From the NCBI GenBank assembly GCA_910592345.1, contig CAJVPI010000327.1, positions 1 to 35,224 of the forward strand: a stretch of 35,224 nucleotides of DNA, written 5' to 3'. Below the pieces are notes generated by a model. The model saw nothing but the letters and a program-made list of their open reading frames with translations. It was not told the origin of the DNA and ran no database searches. How positions within the stretch are numbered: the first letter of the stretch is position 1; every line of letters begins with the position of its first letter. This document shows positions 1 to 13,417 of the stretch, piece by piece. This stretch comes from Paraglomus brasilianum (taxonomy: Eukaryota). A program made the position numbers and the translations under genes.

Positions 1-1144
1 TCCACTTTTATAACAATACCCAAGATCATACTGTGCAGCAGCATTTCCTTGTTCAACTGCTCGTTGGTATAATTCAACTGCCTTTTCAATATCTTTTTCT
101 ACCCCAATTCTTTTTTCATATTTACTGTCAATGATATCTGCATCAATATTACATCTTTGCCTTGTTCTTGGTAATAGAATTGTAGTTTTTGGGATATAAT
201 CTTTTTTCATTTGACAATTAAGTATATCACGACGTAATTTTCTTGGCAACAAATCATCAAATAGAAGAGCCTTTTCAGGGGACATATTGAAGAATCTTAT
301 GTGAGGTACACAATCTGCTATAATATCATTCACTGCATTGATGTCATGGGATGACCAATTATCTAGATCATTTCCAAGTTCTAGTTCAGACACTTGTTTA
401 GTGGCCCATTGCACAACTGACATCCAAATATCTTCTTCTTCCAAGTTGAGGTCATTACTTTTGAGAAGATTAATCAAAGTCTCCTTTGGTAAAGTTGCAA
501 AATCATTTGATTTAAATACAATATCTGGGTGTGAAACCATAATTCGATTGCAATAACCCAGAAGTCCTTTCAAAGGAGCAGTAGAGAGAGCATACTTATG
601 AACTGTGACAATATTCTGTTGAATCCATTCTTTTTGTTTCTCAATCAAATAGGCTTCAATTGCAATGAGAAGATCAAGCATTTCAAACTTGCTAGCTCCA
701 TCCAGAAGACTAATCCAACCCACATGTTTGCATGAATCATAGAAAATTTGTCCAGTATAGATATACCTACAGAAGTAATTTTATAATTACAAGTAAATTG
801 CAGTGAGTATTAGGATTGATATAATAACATGCATAATATATTTGATAGTATATTATTCACGTTTTAAACTATGAGGTTTACCTCAGCAGAATTTCGAAAA
901 CATCAGGTGACACATCTTCCAATGTTATAGCAGTCTTTTGAATCTCTTTAGGCGACTCTGCATTTCCGGTTAAGCTATTCTCAAGGAATGAGCTTCGTGT
1001 ACACAATATTAGTGAATGAACAAGAAATATCTTATTATTTGGCTCCTTTCCGACATAAATTGAAACGTCGGCATATTTGCTGCTTTCGTAAAGCTTCTCA
1101 CAATCTGATAAAAGGCCTGAGGACAAATCAACTACGATATTCAT
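1..1144 (-). CDS. BTB/POZ-BACK protein with Sel1-like repeat(s); 3' end beyond left edge. Exon 1 1144-882, intron 881-767, exon 2 766-<1
   Basis: Exon 1 gives a BTB start (LYESSKYADVSIYVG..FLVHSLILCTRSSF..DVSPDVFEILLR). A GT..AG intron joins it in frame to YIYTGQ. Exon 2 continues through a BACK-like region (DLNLEEEDIWMSVVQWA) into a Sel1-like repeat (GVEKDIEKAVELYQRAVEQGNAAAQYDLGYCY). Confidence 0.88.
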
Positions 1145-3183
1145 TTCGTGCTTAAGAATAAATAGAATAAATCACTTCTTTATTCTATTCCATTCATCGA
1201 TCTGATATTAATAGATTCTTATTGGTCAATCTTGCAACTGCCCCCCTACTTATATCACCTGATTTTAGCGGACATCTCATCTTGCTAAGTAACAGCTCTT
1301 AAACCCCAAAAAGCACATCCGAACGAGAATAACCTATCGAGAATCTCCAGAATTTTACACAAACGTGATCTATTCGAGAAACGTTAATACATACCGGTTC
1401 TCCAGCAGAAAAGTATTTGTCGTCTTCCACTTTCAACGACTGCTCTCATTCGTTCTATTTATACGTGATGTACTTTCAGATTCTGCTTCTGGTACATCAA
1501 TTTTATGTGCCCCACTCTCATCGTTGCTTTTTTCACTTTCTCATTATTTTGCACGGTCACGTTGGCTAGTATCTTTTCCCTTATGCCTTTGTATGTAAAT
1601 CCCGGATTAACAATGTAACAAGAGTTGTGTCGGCCTTTAGCATTTTTATCATAGAATAATTTGATATTTGAATGCATTTCATGACTACCAAGAGACGTGA
1701 TGTAATCATATAGCTCTTGATCAATAAAAATATAAACAAAATTCTGCTTTCTTATAATTGCACATCTGAAGGGTAATAAATTTTGAATTGTTTTAATCAG
1801 CGTTGTTATTAATATCAACATTAATTTATCTTGTTTTTGTGGAGTATTCAAATGCTTACGAAGGAGGAATGTTATTATAACAATGGTCTCAATTTTTGCA
1901 AGTTATAAACCAAATAAAATTTGGAACTGGAAGTAGAATCGGGATTAATTTTATATGAAAATACTGTCACGACAATTGATAATTAAATTCTCTTTACCAT
2001 AACGCACGAGAACGGACAGATTGAAATGTAAACAAACGATAGTAATAAGTAATTAATCATATGTTGAACAATGACATACGGACGTCAACGTAACGATAAG
2101 GGTAATACAATAAATAAGATAAATTTTATTACAAATATTTAACGTATATAGGCATGTTGTCACATACCTACATGTATATACGACGTACACATTCTCTAAA
2201 TTACTCCAAAAATCAAATTTCTGGAATAGTCTCTTATAACTTAAATTACCACCCTAATAATCGACAGTGCAGTAATGTTCGTTTTGTTTCACATGATCTC
2301 TTCGCATTGATAAGATTGTCATGAATATAAAACCTTGAAATACGTGAGATGGTTGAAAAGTCTTGATCGCGTGATTGTATTTCACAAATGTACATAATAA
2401 TTTGCCAACAAATTAAACAAGTCATAGTTTTTTAATTTATACAAAGTTTCAGCTGTCCCTTCTAATTCTCGAATAATTTGCAAGAATCCTCTTTTGGATT
2501 GCTTTCAACAACTGAAGATTACAATTAATGTTATTATAACTCTTACTACCTGTCTTTTTCGGCTTGAAAAATAAGGAAAATAAATCTAAACTGTAAAGTG
2601 CAAGACGCACATATTCTGTCGTAACAAGTATACGAAGACATTTCTAATTCTCGTGTTATTATATAAGAGTTTTTGTTGCATCAATATTAGCAGCATCATC
2701 CTCTATATGCATGATTTGAAGATACGTAATTGGTTGATTTGTCTAAAAAAAATGTTGAAACAAATTCTTAATTATTAATTTAATACAAAATAATCCCCTT
2801 TCTTAATTAGACACATTAAAAGTGTTATTTTTATTCATATCAATACCAACTTTGTTAATATTTCTTTACGTTTATGATCACATGTACGTGCATCTCGATC
2901 ACATGACATTGCATTTAAAATATGCTTACGCTTTTTAAGTTCCATCATAAGACTGAACACAGGGAGGTTGCATTTATTTATCGCACTTTCAAATTACTGA
3001 AATTCCTGAAATTTTGTACACACAGTCACTTGACTATTGACTGCGAAAATTTTCGAAAACTCAACCAAGTCTCTATAAACTTCTGCGATTATTTGCCGGC
3101 ACTTAACACTTTACAGCAATGCTAACAAAATTTGTTGTTATTTAGCTGTTGTATAGCAATATTGGTAATTTATTGGGCACAAC

Positions 3184-3549
3184 ATGGTCAAGAATATTAG
3201 TGAAGATTTACGTTGAAGGATAGTTTATCTCCATTCCGATGGCTTTTCTCGTAAACGGATTTGCCGTTAATTGTATGTTAGTCAGGCCACAGTTTGAACG
3301 TTGGGGAATCCCTTCAAAGGGGATGCGTGGACGTAGAAAAATTCTTGATCGTAACGACATGGCATCGCTCGGAAAAAGGTTTGTATGTTACAACTAGATA
3401 AGAAATAGAAAAATCCCACTAAAACTTTCTTGTAGTTACATAAAGCCGCTATGGAAAAGAATGAATTGCTTCGTAGTTCCTTGTCACTAAAATTGAAGAA
3501 TCATATTCACCCGAGCAACTCATATTCCTTGATGAGAGCGCGAAGGATG
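3184..3549 (+). pseudogene. Degenerate Tc1/IS630-like transposase fragment (HTH plus first catalytic Asp region)
   Basis: Reads MVKNISEDLR*RIVYLHSDGFSRKRI (TGA at 3214-3216), then GMRGRRKIL, then LHKAAMEKNELLRSS..YSPEQLIFLDESAKD. The F(L/I)DES motif is typical of fungal Tc1-like DDE transposases. It has stops and frameshifts and is truncated. Confidence 0.7.
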
Positions 3550-5883
3550 TTATCTTTTGCAAGCCGTACATATTTGCTGTGAGAAGCCTAGTCTTCCTTT
3601 TTGTACGAAAGTTGAAATTATAACCAATATCTTGCTTTCATCCTGCAAGGACTGCATTTGGGCATGTTTTTGATTGGGGGAGATAATGCGACATAATTCG
3701 TAACTTTCTCTCTTTTCAATTACAACTCTCAATTTTATTATTTGTCTCACATAATAAACAAAGCTGACATGCATAACATAAAGCTGTACATATGTATTAT
3801 ATTTCCTGGGTTTGATTTGTGCAGTCATGGTTGAAATATTTGCAGATACTATTTTTTTATTATACGATAATCTATGCATTCCGATTGGCCAATTAGTGTT
3901 TTCGAAAATTTTTGTTTGCGTATGTGGGGTTCCATAATTTTGAAAAGTGCGATAAAAAGAATTCACTGTATTAACATATTCTTTTATGGAACTAGAATGA
4001 GAAATAATTTAAAGGCTTCTTCAATATCACGTAATAATATTGTAGCGCATTATGGTGTGCCTGCAAATAATCTATGCACAATATTATAAAGTACGGTTCC
4101 TGGACAGTCTTCTATTCTTTCTTTGTTGAGACTACGTATTCAGCCGGTGGTCCAGTATGACGGAAGATAAGCGGAATAGTTTTCTAATGAAAGAGAAAGT
4201 CTTTTCATTGATTAGAATAAATTTCCTTATTCGCACATGTAGCACAGTTTACAAAGGATAGAATAGATATCAATAAAACCTACGTCAGTGATACGCTTGT
4301 TCAACAAAATATTGCATAAAGGAAAACTAACCATAGCCGTTAATCAGAATAACACAATTCAGAATGACACAATTGGCGTCAGCATTATCCATAGTGGGCA
4401 GTGTCAATTTGACTAAATCCATTCAAGTCTGTAACAATGGTTTTTTTTTGCTTCTTTTTTTTTTTTTTTGAGAATTGAATAAAGTCTTCAATTGCTGTAT
4501 GAGCATCTCAACTAACGACATCGTTCTGAAATAAAAGATTCCGATATATCTCGGAGTTACCTTTAAGACCGGTATAACATATTCTGTACACCTCGGGGAA
4601 CGGTTTTTGTGTCACACCCAGACAATTATATGCGTAATAAAGAGAATTACAGGCTTAGTTAGCAATTGGCTATTAAAGACATCTCCAGAATAAAACATCT
4701 CCTATATTTACTCGGGAAATAACTGTGGTAGGGCTCTGCTCCATTCCATAATTAAATCTTTATTCATATATCTGATTGAGCAGCGAATATTTCGAAGGCC
4801 ACACAATATTTCTGTCAGCAAACTTAAGCCTAGAATGTATTTCTTTGCATTGGATAAGCTTCTATTTTCCATATTGTGATATTACTTTTCGCTTGCTGAT
4901 GTATAATTAAGTGAATATCTATGTGACCTATCACTATGTCTTTATACGCATAGCTATACACCCGGAAGAGCGACATTGTTAGGGCAAATGAAATCCTTCC
5001 GATGTCGAGGGCACATTTCCCTTAGGCCGAGCGTGACACCGAAACTAAACTGATGTTGCTTAGCTACAAATTTTGATTGTGTATGACGCGCGGCGTGGTA
5101 ATTATTATTGCCCTTTAGAGATCTCATCTCACTTCGTCCTGCCGCGCCAATCAGATTGTGCAAAATTTAATCTAGCCGCACCAATAAGATTTAATCTTTT
5201 ACCTAATTTATCTAGATTTACCAAATATATGCTGGTTGTATTACAAGGAAAAGCACATTTTCTTGACCTCTGCGGATCCACCCACACAACTCAAAAATCT
5301 TCAACACTCGTTTTACTGTCGAACGGTGAATGTAGAGATATCGTGCAATATCTCTCCTTGAATAACCATCTCTAAAGAGATATACAGTACACCATTTGAG
5401 ATCTGTGCAAGAGGCTTACCCATTATGAGAACTACTACCGTAATCAGCAAGCTAATCTAAAGACCTGTGCTTCTACTTTTTCTATCCTTTTTATTATGTA
5501 TACTTATGTATTATAGCCCAACATATAAAAACTGTGCCCAGTAATCAAAGTAATCAAGGGAAATTGAGAGAAATCGCTGGTAATCACAGGTAATCACCGC
5601 AACTTTGAAAACAGTCCTCGGCTTCTAAAGAGTTCGTTGTAATAAACTCAGCTTCTGGCTTTAGGTAAAAGTGACCGCTGGAGTAGTCTGTTTTGGAAAT
5701 CACTGAGTAACTGTTTGTACTGACCTTTCTTCGTGAGCGCGCGCGAGTAATCACGTTTGCAAAAAAATTTCGTGTGACTGACAGACAGGGGCCTAGAATT
5801 TTGAAAAGGGCAATAAATGTTATATAACGATAACTACTAAACTTCATATATCGGTATATGCATTATTATTTTAATTGTCGTAG

Positions 5884-7307
5884 ATGAAGAACGGATACAG
5901 AAATGTAGTCGGATTGAACGCTATAAAAGGATTAAACATGGTATACTATTCGGCCATGAATGCGATTGCTCAGAATCTACGTGTGATTTTAGTTATGAGA
6001 TACTTTTTATAAGTTCTACAAATAGTTTTAATAAAGCCAATCTACTTAATATTAACTAAATTAACTAAATAATACAGAATGAGGAACCCGAGCTTGATCA
6101 AACAAGAGATAAAATAGAACAAAATGTTGATTTGTTGAAAGAGAAGCTTAAGGTAGATACAGTATTAGACAATTTGTTTGTGATTTATCGCAATGTTATA
6201 GCTTAATAATCGTTTATTATTACGTTTAGCATCCGATATTAGAAACAGACGTATTGCTCAATAACGCTCTTAGAAAAGAAGTAAACGACATTAATCTTGC
6301 AAGTCTTTCATGGACAGACCCTGAAGCAAATGTGGTCTTAAGCGATAAATCGACTATTGTAAGGAGACTAAAAAATCGAGAATTTAATCAAAAAATTTTT
6401 TTAATTCACTAAATGATATTATTAGCAACTGCGGGAAAATATGCGATGCACTCTTTCTGAGCAAGTCGCTTCTACATGCGACAAATTTATTGAAAATTTT
6501 GCTCAGCAAGATGTTTCGAAAGCTATGAAAAATGTCTTCCACAACAGAAGATGAAAGGAAAGCGATTCGACCTTAGTACAAGTGTCAGAACATATTCTAA
6601 GCGTGCTGTAAGTTTTTTTTTTTTTTTTTTTAAGTTTCTAAACAGTTTTTTTTTTTTCACACTAATAGTAATAAGTAATCGATTAGGGGTGAGATTTGGA
6701 GCAATCCAGCATTTGCAACAAGAGCATCTTGCCGTGACAAAGTGAAGGAACATACATCACAGTTGTTATACTTCCTTTGCTGCCTAGTAGATCTGCCAAT
6801 ATATCATATATGCTTAAGCACGTGAGTAGAAATATAGTATCTTGGCAATCAGTTTCATGCTGTTATTATTAATTATTTTGTTTCACAGTTTCAGGGCAGA
6901 ACGTCAAAGTGCTGCAAGCAAAGCTCGAAGAAAGGCTGAGGTTGGATGTGGGTGCAGAGTAAAAGTCCTGATATTATGGCGATAGAGAAATGGGAAGAGA
7001 AGATAATCGAGCTTTTATATGTTAAAAGTTCGCGTGTTGTCTGTACTGATAAGAAAGCATCAATGTCATGATGAACGACACTTGCGGGATACCAAGGTAT
7101 TTCCATCTCTGTGAAGCGGAAATTCCTTTAACAGTATCTAAGTCATCAGGTGTAAAAACCCTCGTACATTTGTTGTTAACATTGAGAAACATCTTACTTG
7201 TAAATAAGAGTTTGCTTATGCAAGCTTTAAAACAAGCTGTATCTCGCCCACCTAGAAATGGACATCCCACATCTACTGTTACTTCCCCGCGCCAAGAGAG
7301 ACAGTGA
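5884..7307 (+). pseudogene. Multi-exon pseudogene of an uncharacterised family with a PD-(D/E)XK nuclease-like C-terminal region
   Basis: GT-AG-bounded exons read HPILETDVLLNNALRKEV.., QLRENMRC..VFHNRR*KESD (in-frame TGA 6552-6554), GEIWSNPAF..SEGTYIT, KSPDIMAIEKWEEKIIELLYVKSSRVVC and GIPRYFHLCEAEIPL..LLLTLRNILLVNKSLLMQAL. Frameshifts are present, plus a probable internal deletion near 7060. Confidence 0.65.
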
Positions 7308-8924
7308 TGTAAATCCTGCACCTAAAGCAAAAAAAAAAATCGAAAAGAAGAAAAAGCGCATTTTTCTAGAGTACCCATTTAATGCTATTATTTACCAATA
7401 AAGTTAACCCTAGTACTAGCGATCGATGCTTGCATTTGTATGTACGGCTTTGTCTATGTTAACTAGAATATTATCTTTTTGGGAGCTGCGCCCTCGCGTA
7501 ATTGTTAATTATTCTGGGATAAAAAAAATATAAGTCACACAGCCTGGTATTTGTCTGTTGTGACTGTTGTGTGGTTGGAGAAGTAATTATGGTATGGAAT
7601 GCCAGCGATGTTTACAAGATGGTGTTCGACTTCTCAACATAACAATTTCTATGTATTAAACTCGTTGGCGAATGGGATTCAAAAGACAAGGTGATTCTTT
7701 ATAGAAAGTTAATTAATACAAATACTTTTAGTTAATTGAGCCACTTCTTTTACTCGAAAACATTACGACCATTTGAGAAAGTTTACAAGTCAAACTGGTA
7801 ACAATTTTTTATTTTCGAGGCCAAATTTTATATAACTTTACATTTAACATAAATAAGATACAGAAACAACAGGTCCAATTCAAGAAATGTCTGTCGACTG
7901 TTGTAACGGACACTAAAATCTCTACCTCCAACTAAATTCACTGGGTTTTCGTCGTTTACTGGCCTATGCAAACAACCAATACACAGAAAAATTATCAATC
8001 TTTATATGTAGAACGCAAGATTCTATAACCAGTGCATATTCGTGTAATCAATAAATGACCTTTTACAATGGTAGGATTCTCAATTCTGTGCTCGATAATA
8101 TTTTGGTAGCATTAACATTTCGTTCAAAAGAATAGCATTTTACTTTGTCAAGTTATGGACGTGAGATTTCTGTTGAAGAGCTAAACAAAATGAGCGGGCA
8201 CTAAGATTAATTAAAGTTATAAAATAAAGTCATGATACTGCGACATATAAGATCTACCATAATTGTCACAATATGCAAGAATTGGATTAAGATAGAACTA
8301 GGAGAGAAATAAACACGCGTCATATGGTACATTATTGATAACTTGATTATGTTGAAAATTTGCCAAACTCGGATCAGTAAGCATCAGCTATAATGAATGT
8401 ACTATTTCTTGATCCACACTGAGTCTAGACTTTTAATCCAGTTGAGTGTGTTAGAAGCTTGCCAACAAATATAGATGCATTCATGACTGCATTGTCAAGA
8501 GTCGATGTACATCAAATTAGTAATAGCACATAAATAAGTTGCATTCTGAGTTGGGGTCAACTTCGTATTGACAAGCTAATAAAGAACGTGGACTATTACA
8601 AGATAACCAACGCATCATATTGCTCCAACTATTTTACTGTATGCATCGGTCACAGGTTTAGGATTCGTCTATCATAGAATCTTGATCGAACATTCTCACC
8701 TGTGGGGTCTTTTTCAGCCGATTAGCAGGTTGAAATAAATCTTTCTGGAGACATTATGATTTCGATAAAAGGGACGAATATTTAGAGTAGTAAATATTAT
8801 AAATGTATGAAGTTAATTAATGCCCAAGCGTACAATACAATGGATTAAATTATAATCATGACGTCTTTGTGATTAATCTATTTCTCTGTTGGTAATCGGT
8901 ATCATGATGCTGGTGTTACTTCTA

Positions 8925-10123
8925 CTTACTCATCGTCATCTCCTCATCATCGTCCTCCTCTTCCTTTTCGCTCTCGTCCTCATTCTCACTTTCTGACGTC
9001 TCCACGCCAATAGAATTATAACGCAGTGCTAAAACACGTACAATAAGCATATGTTGAACTTTACAACAATATAGTACCTAATTCCTTGTACTTACCCTCT
9101 AGCCTCTTCGCTCTCTTTTTCGTTATCCCCCTCAGTCTTTTTTTCAGTTTCCTCTTCGCTCTTAGTAGAATCGTAGAAATTATCTAAAGCCTTACATTCG
9201 ATCATATGAATCAATAAAGGGCTCGTTTAAAATATAACAAAAATGAACGTAAAGTTTCTGAATACACAGATTGCATTTATATACCGTTGTGTTCCTGACA
9301 GACGAGACGGATCGGGCTTTTTGGTAGGCCAGTCGGGCATCGGTTCGTATCCGGGCAAAAGTGTACTTACATGACCCTATTGACTGTTAAACCGTACTCA
9401 ATTGGTCGGTATATTTACGATATCATCGTATCAGAACATACCCATGCTTAGACTCTACTGCTACGGGGCTTCCTAGTCATAAGCTAAATCGTCTTCATCC
9501 TTTCAGTCAATATCTCCACACCTTTCTCATCTCAATCCTTCTCTCTCCTAGTCGGTGATCATCCCTCAACATCCTTGCTCTGTCTCTGATATTGTACTTC
9601 ACATCATATCGCGGCGCCAAACTCATTATATACTCGTATAACAATCCCAGCATCGGATGCAACAAATAAGCTTGGCAGCCAAAATAATTACTTGGAATTT
9701 GACAACATCATCTGAGTTAGAGAAGTTCATGGTAGCTTGCGAAGGATGTATGGAACAACTCGAGTTTTTATGCATATTGTCCAACTAGCCGGACGCGAGC
9801 CAAGGACCTTTGCGAGTTTACGTTATCATTTTACATTGAGGTCTTAATTGCTGAAGCCTTTTTATTACTAACTAAACTAATACTCTCCGACTAGGTGTCT
9901 GATAAAATGCCATCATATCAGTAGGATAGGGAATGAATAAGATACAACAATCAAATCGGCTATTATTTATATAAGATTAAAGACCAACCGTTTTTGCGAC
10001 ACAACAGTTTCATTAATCCGTTTAGACAGTCCTCGGCCATCTCTGGCATTCCTATTGCACACCACCCAATAGCCTGAATTGCCGAAGTAGCAAAATCTTC
10101 ATTCAGACTTTTTCACATATTCC
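8925..10123 (-). pseudogene. Degenerate internal/C-terminal fragment of AP-3 adaptor complex beta subunit (AP3B/APL6-like)
   Basis: Minus-strand peptides SLNEDFATSAIQAIGWCAIGMPEMAEDCLNGLMKLL, LVGQYA, SDDVVKFQVIILAAKL, RYDVKYNIRDRARML, PGYEPMPDWPTKKPDPS and an acidic hinge follow the order of AP-3 beta motifs (TIQAIGRCA..CLNGL, YD..YDIRDR.R, WP..PDPSVR). It has multiple stops and frameshifts. Confidence 0.8.
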
Positions 10124-11337
10124 TAAATGCACACGAGTGGGCGTGATCAATAAATGTCTGACACGTTTTATGAGAACACACATGAGAAATGTGATATCAC
10201 TTTCAGTCGCAATCAGTCCCATATCTCTAGTTTCAGTCGTTCTAACAAAGAATTACTGGAAATGGGGCTTGAACAAATTCTAAATAAAAAAAGTGAAGTA
10301 TAATTGATAAGCACAGTATTCATATATAATATTTTCTCGCCAGTCTTTGCTCGACTCATACGCACCTGCCACTGAGTCATAACACTCTTGAGAAACAACG
10401 TATTCCGATGAAAACTGTGGAGTGACTTTCCCATCTTATATGTTTCTTATTCGGATGCAAAATAGTAAAACATTTTCGACCACCTGGTAGAACCATCTTT
10501 GATAAAATGCAAATTCTTATTAACCCATAAGCATATATAGTCCTCTCATATTTAACAACTAATATTTACAGCAGTGTTCCGACTTTGAAGTAAGTCAAGA
10601 TCTGGATCCAAAGAATAAAGCTTGTCAACAGATGATGAAGCTTAATTCCCTACAATATGAAATATGATCACGAAATTTAGGCTTTCTTTAACGCCTTTCG
10701 TTACCACATACAAAATTATAAACAGTCCGTTATTGACATGATTGCTCTACTTTAGAACTAATGCTATACATTACAAAAACAACAGAACAACAACAGCCTA
10801 CCTTGCATATCCTATACCTATCAACAGACCTATTATTGCTATCTGTCCCTATTCTTCAGCGGGTGAATTAAATCCAGTCTCTCTGGGGTTCATTACATGC
10901 TATTATCACACTTCCGATTGTATATTAATATCAGCAAATTCCATTCGGTCTCCCTTTGTTAGGACAACAATCTGCACAGGACATAGGTACAGACAGACAC
11001 ATAATTTTCGGTGACAGCAATCCACAAATTTTATCCGTACCTGAAAAAAAAGTGCCCCCCGTTCACATTAAGAATTTTTATATTTATCTTTTTTATTATT
11101 ATACTATCTCTATCAAATCATCGCTAATATGTTCTAAAATTATGAACAAGATATATAAATTGTTAGTAGTACTGCGAAGCTTCGAGACTTTGCCTTCTCA
11201 GTTTCTACCAGCCGCAGAGCGAGGAATATAACAGATATATTATTCATGATTAGTTGTTAACTTAGTAAAATATCTTAAATTTATCTAATAATCGTCATAC
11301 AATTTCTGAGGTTGTTTTATTTTTTCCAAGTAGGTAT

Positions 11338-12058
11338 TGTCGTGCCGACTACTGCGGGAGAGCAGAAAGTAATCGACACTTGGGATTTAACTAGTCTCTG
11401 GCGCCTCCTATTCAAGTTAAATATCTAAAGGTACAGTTAGTGACCTTGTCAATGTCAAGGCTTTTAACTTACGGACTATTTCACCGTAGAATGACGTTAA
11501 TCCTAGATAAGTAATCGCTCTCGAGTGTATCGTCGGTTATTATCGAGGAGAGGGATTACTCCGATAATCTCCCGTCTGGGGTACAACGAGTATAAATCAT
11601 AATAATGCGCATCTACATAACAATTAATTATCGTAATTTGCCCTCGAATAATCGCGGACAAGAGGCGATTATTATTCATCGATATAGGGATTAACGGTTT
11701 CTCAGCTATACCGATAAGTTACCAGGGAATGAATCATTAACAATATTTAAACAGTGATAGAATTAGCTGCTAAAAATAGATCAATTATTCCGTTCGAAAG
11801 ATATATAAGTAGCTTAGATTTCAGTTAGATAGAAGCAGTCAATAAGTACATGTTTAGCATGTTTAATTACTCTCGATTCCTTTATTGTAAATAAATGAGT
11901 AGTTCTTTATACTCTGTTCTATCACTGTTCTGTCACTGTTTGTACTAGTGACGGACTAGTGCTCGTACCACTAGTACTATTACTATAGTGCTGAAATGTT
12001 CGTAACCGTACGAGAGAATACACGTACTTTACCGTACCGTTTATAGCGTAGCATCACA
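11338..12058 (+). mobile_element. Solo LTR (721 bp) with 4-bp target-site duplication GTAT
   Basis: Starts TGTCGTGC and ends GCATCACA (TG..CA, imperfect inverted ends). GTAT lies on both flanks (11334-11337, 12059-12062). The 5' part is homologous to 31671-31886 and to 23251-23862 (minus strand). Confidence 0.85.
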
Positions 12059-12779
12059 GTATCATGATCTGGGGTATATTGCAAGGCAAACATTTTTATA
12101 CATTCTTCAGTCTATGTGTGAGCCTGCAGCTAGTTTACCCATAAATAGGCCCACAGATGAACAAGGTTTCTTTACGGACACTCTGATGATATATTAATAT
12201 GTCATCAGCAGGAAGGAAAATCGTTGTATTTACTGGAATAGTAGATGGCGTAGTGAATGGTTTTTAATCATGTCTTTAACTTCTTTTCCATTTCCTTCAG
12301 AACATATAGGACTTTGCCTTCCTACAGGAATCCAGTTGGGATCAATGAATGGAAACTGTTCATTTGCATCTCTTGCAGTTTGCATTGAATAAATGTGAAG
12401 CTTTGTACACCCTTTCTTTTAGTTTTGTTCAATGGATGGCAGCATATTCATAGCTGGATTCAAATGAAGGTAAGATTCCTTCCTCTAATCAATTGGAAGA
12501 TAGTAAGAACCATAATAATAACTTGATATTTATGGGATCTTGTAGGCAGTCTTCAGATGCTTAATGCAGCAAATATGTCAAGATATAAATAAGCAAGTGG
12601 CATCCAAATCAATAATAGCTTGATTTGTTTTGAAGGTGGAATCAACAATCAGTTCAGTCACATAAATAAGCACAAGCACAAAGACAATTAATATGTAAGA
12701 AAGGGGAAACTATATAAAATGAAAGCTATATAATAAAAGATTGATTCTTTGCATACTTTGTTTTATTTATTAATCATAA

Positions 12780-13417
12780 TTAAAATAAAGATCTTATTCC
12801 GAGATACTTGGCAAGGCGTCTCTTGCGAGTAGTAAGGTTTCCATTTGTTGGTTGACCATAAGCAGCCAGTAATAAGGTAATTTCAGTAGACTGTGCATTC
12901 TTAATAGCATTGAAATCTTGCAGAAAATTAGGAGGAATAACACCTGCATTTGTATTTAAAGGTTCAATAGCAGTTCGATCATCAAGGATTGTGAAATTTA
13001 CAATGCGAGCTTGTGTTCTCTGCTCAACTAAAAGTAAAAGAAATTTAGTTAAAAGTAACTAAGAAAATGATAAGACAGAAGTTTATAGACATTCTATACT
13101 GGAAATTACATACGCTGGTCAATTGACTGAGTGAGAGCTTGTTGTTGTCTAGTAAAGTCTTGTTGTTGTCTAGTGAGGTTTTGGATTTGTGTAGTGAGGG
13201 CTTGGATTTGTGTAGTGAGGGCTTGGGTTTGTGTAGTGAGGGCTTGGAGTTGTGTAGTGAAGTCTTGTTGTTGTTTAATGAGTTGTGTAGTGAAGTTTTG
13301 TTGTTGTCTAGTGAGGCTTTGGATTTGTGTAGTGAGGTTTTGGAATTGTGTAGCTGTGGCAACTACCGGAAGGTTCTGGAAAGCATTCGCAATATTTGTG
13401 AGATTGGGTTGCGCCAT
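12780..13417 (-). CDS. Mug135/Tdk1-like (DUF1773-like) heptad-stalk protein, copy 1, 183 aa. Exons 13417-13114 and 13027-12780
   Basis: ATG at 13417 and a GTATGT..TAG intron in the same position as copies 2 and 3. The spliced ORF is open: MAQPNLTNIANAFQNLPVVA-(Q/T heptads)-SIDQLEQRTQARIVNFTILDD..IEPLNTNAGVIPPNFLQDF..LLAAYGQPTNGNLTTRKRRLAKYLGIRSLF*. The family name is assigned by motif recognition only. Confidence 0.82.
13114..13354 (-). repeat. Imperfect 21-bp coding tandem repeat (heptad stalk of copy 1)
   Basis: Recurring + strand unit similar to ttggatttgtgtagtgagggc, encoding LTTQxQx heptads. Confidence 0.9.

Noticed and set aside
1459..1851. 130-aa ORF
   Set aside because: No recognisable domain or splice structure; likely degenerate or spurious.
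3550..4130. 138-aa minus-strand ORF and adjacent frames
   Set aside because: Possibly a gene relic, but no family could be recognised.
7463..7495. Second Helitron-like 3' end (CTAG plus hairpin, minus strand)
   Set aside because: The hairpin is mismatched and too weak to call on its own.
12063..12660. Possible retroelement-derived coding relic beside the LTR; similarly 16400-17760 and 21430-22400
   Set aside because: Strand skew and broken frames are suggestive, but no RT, RNase H or integrase motif could be identified.
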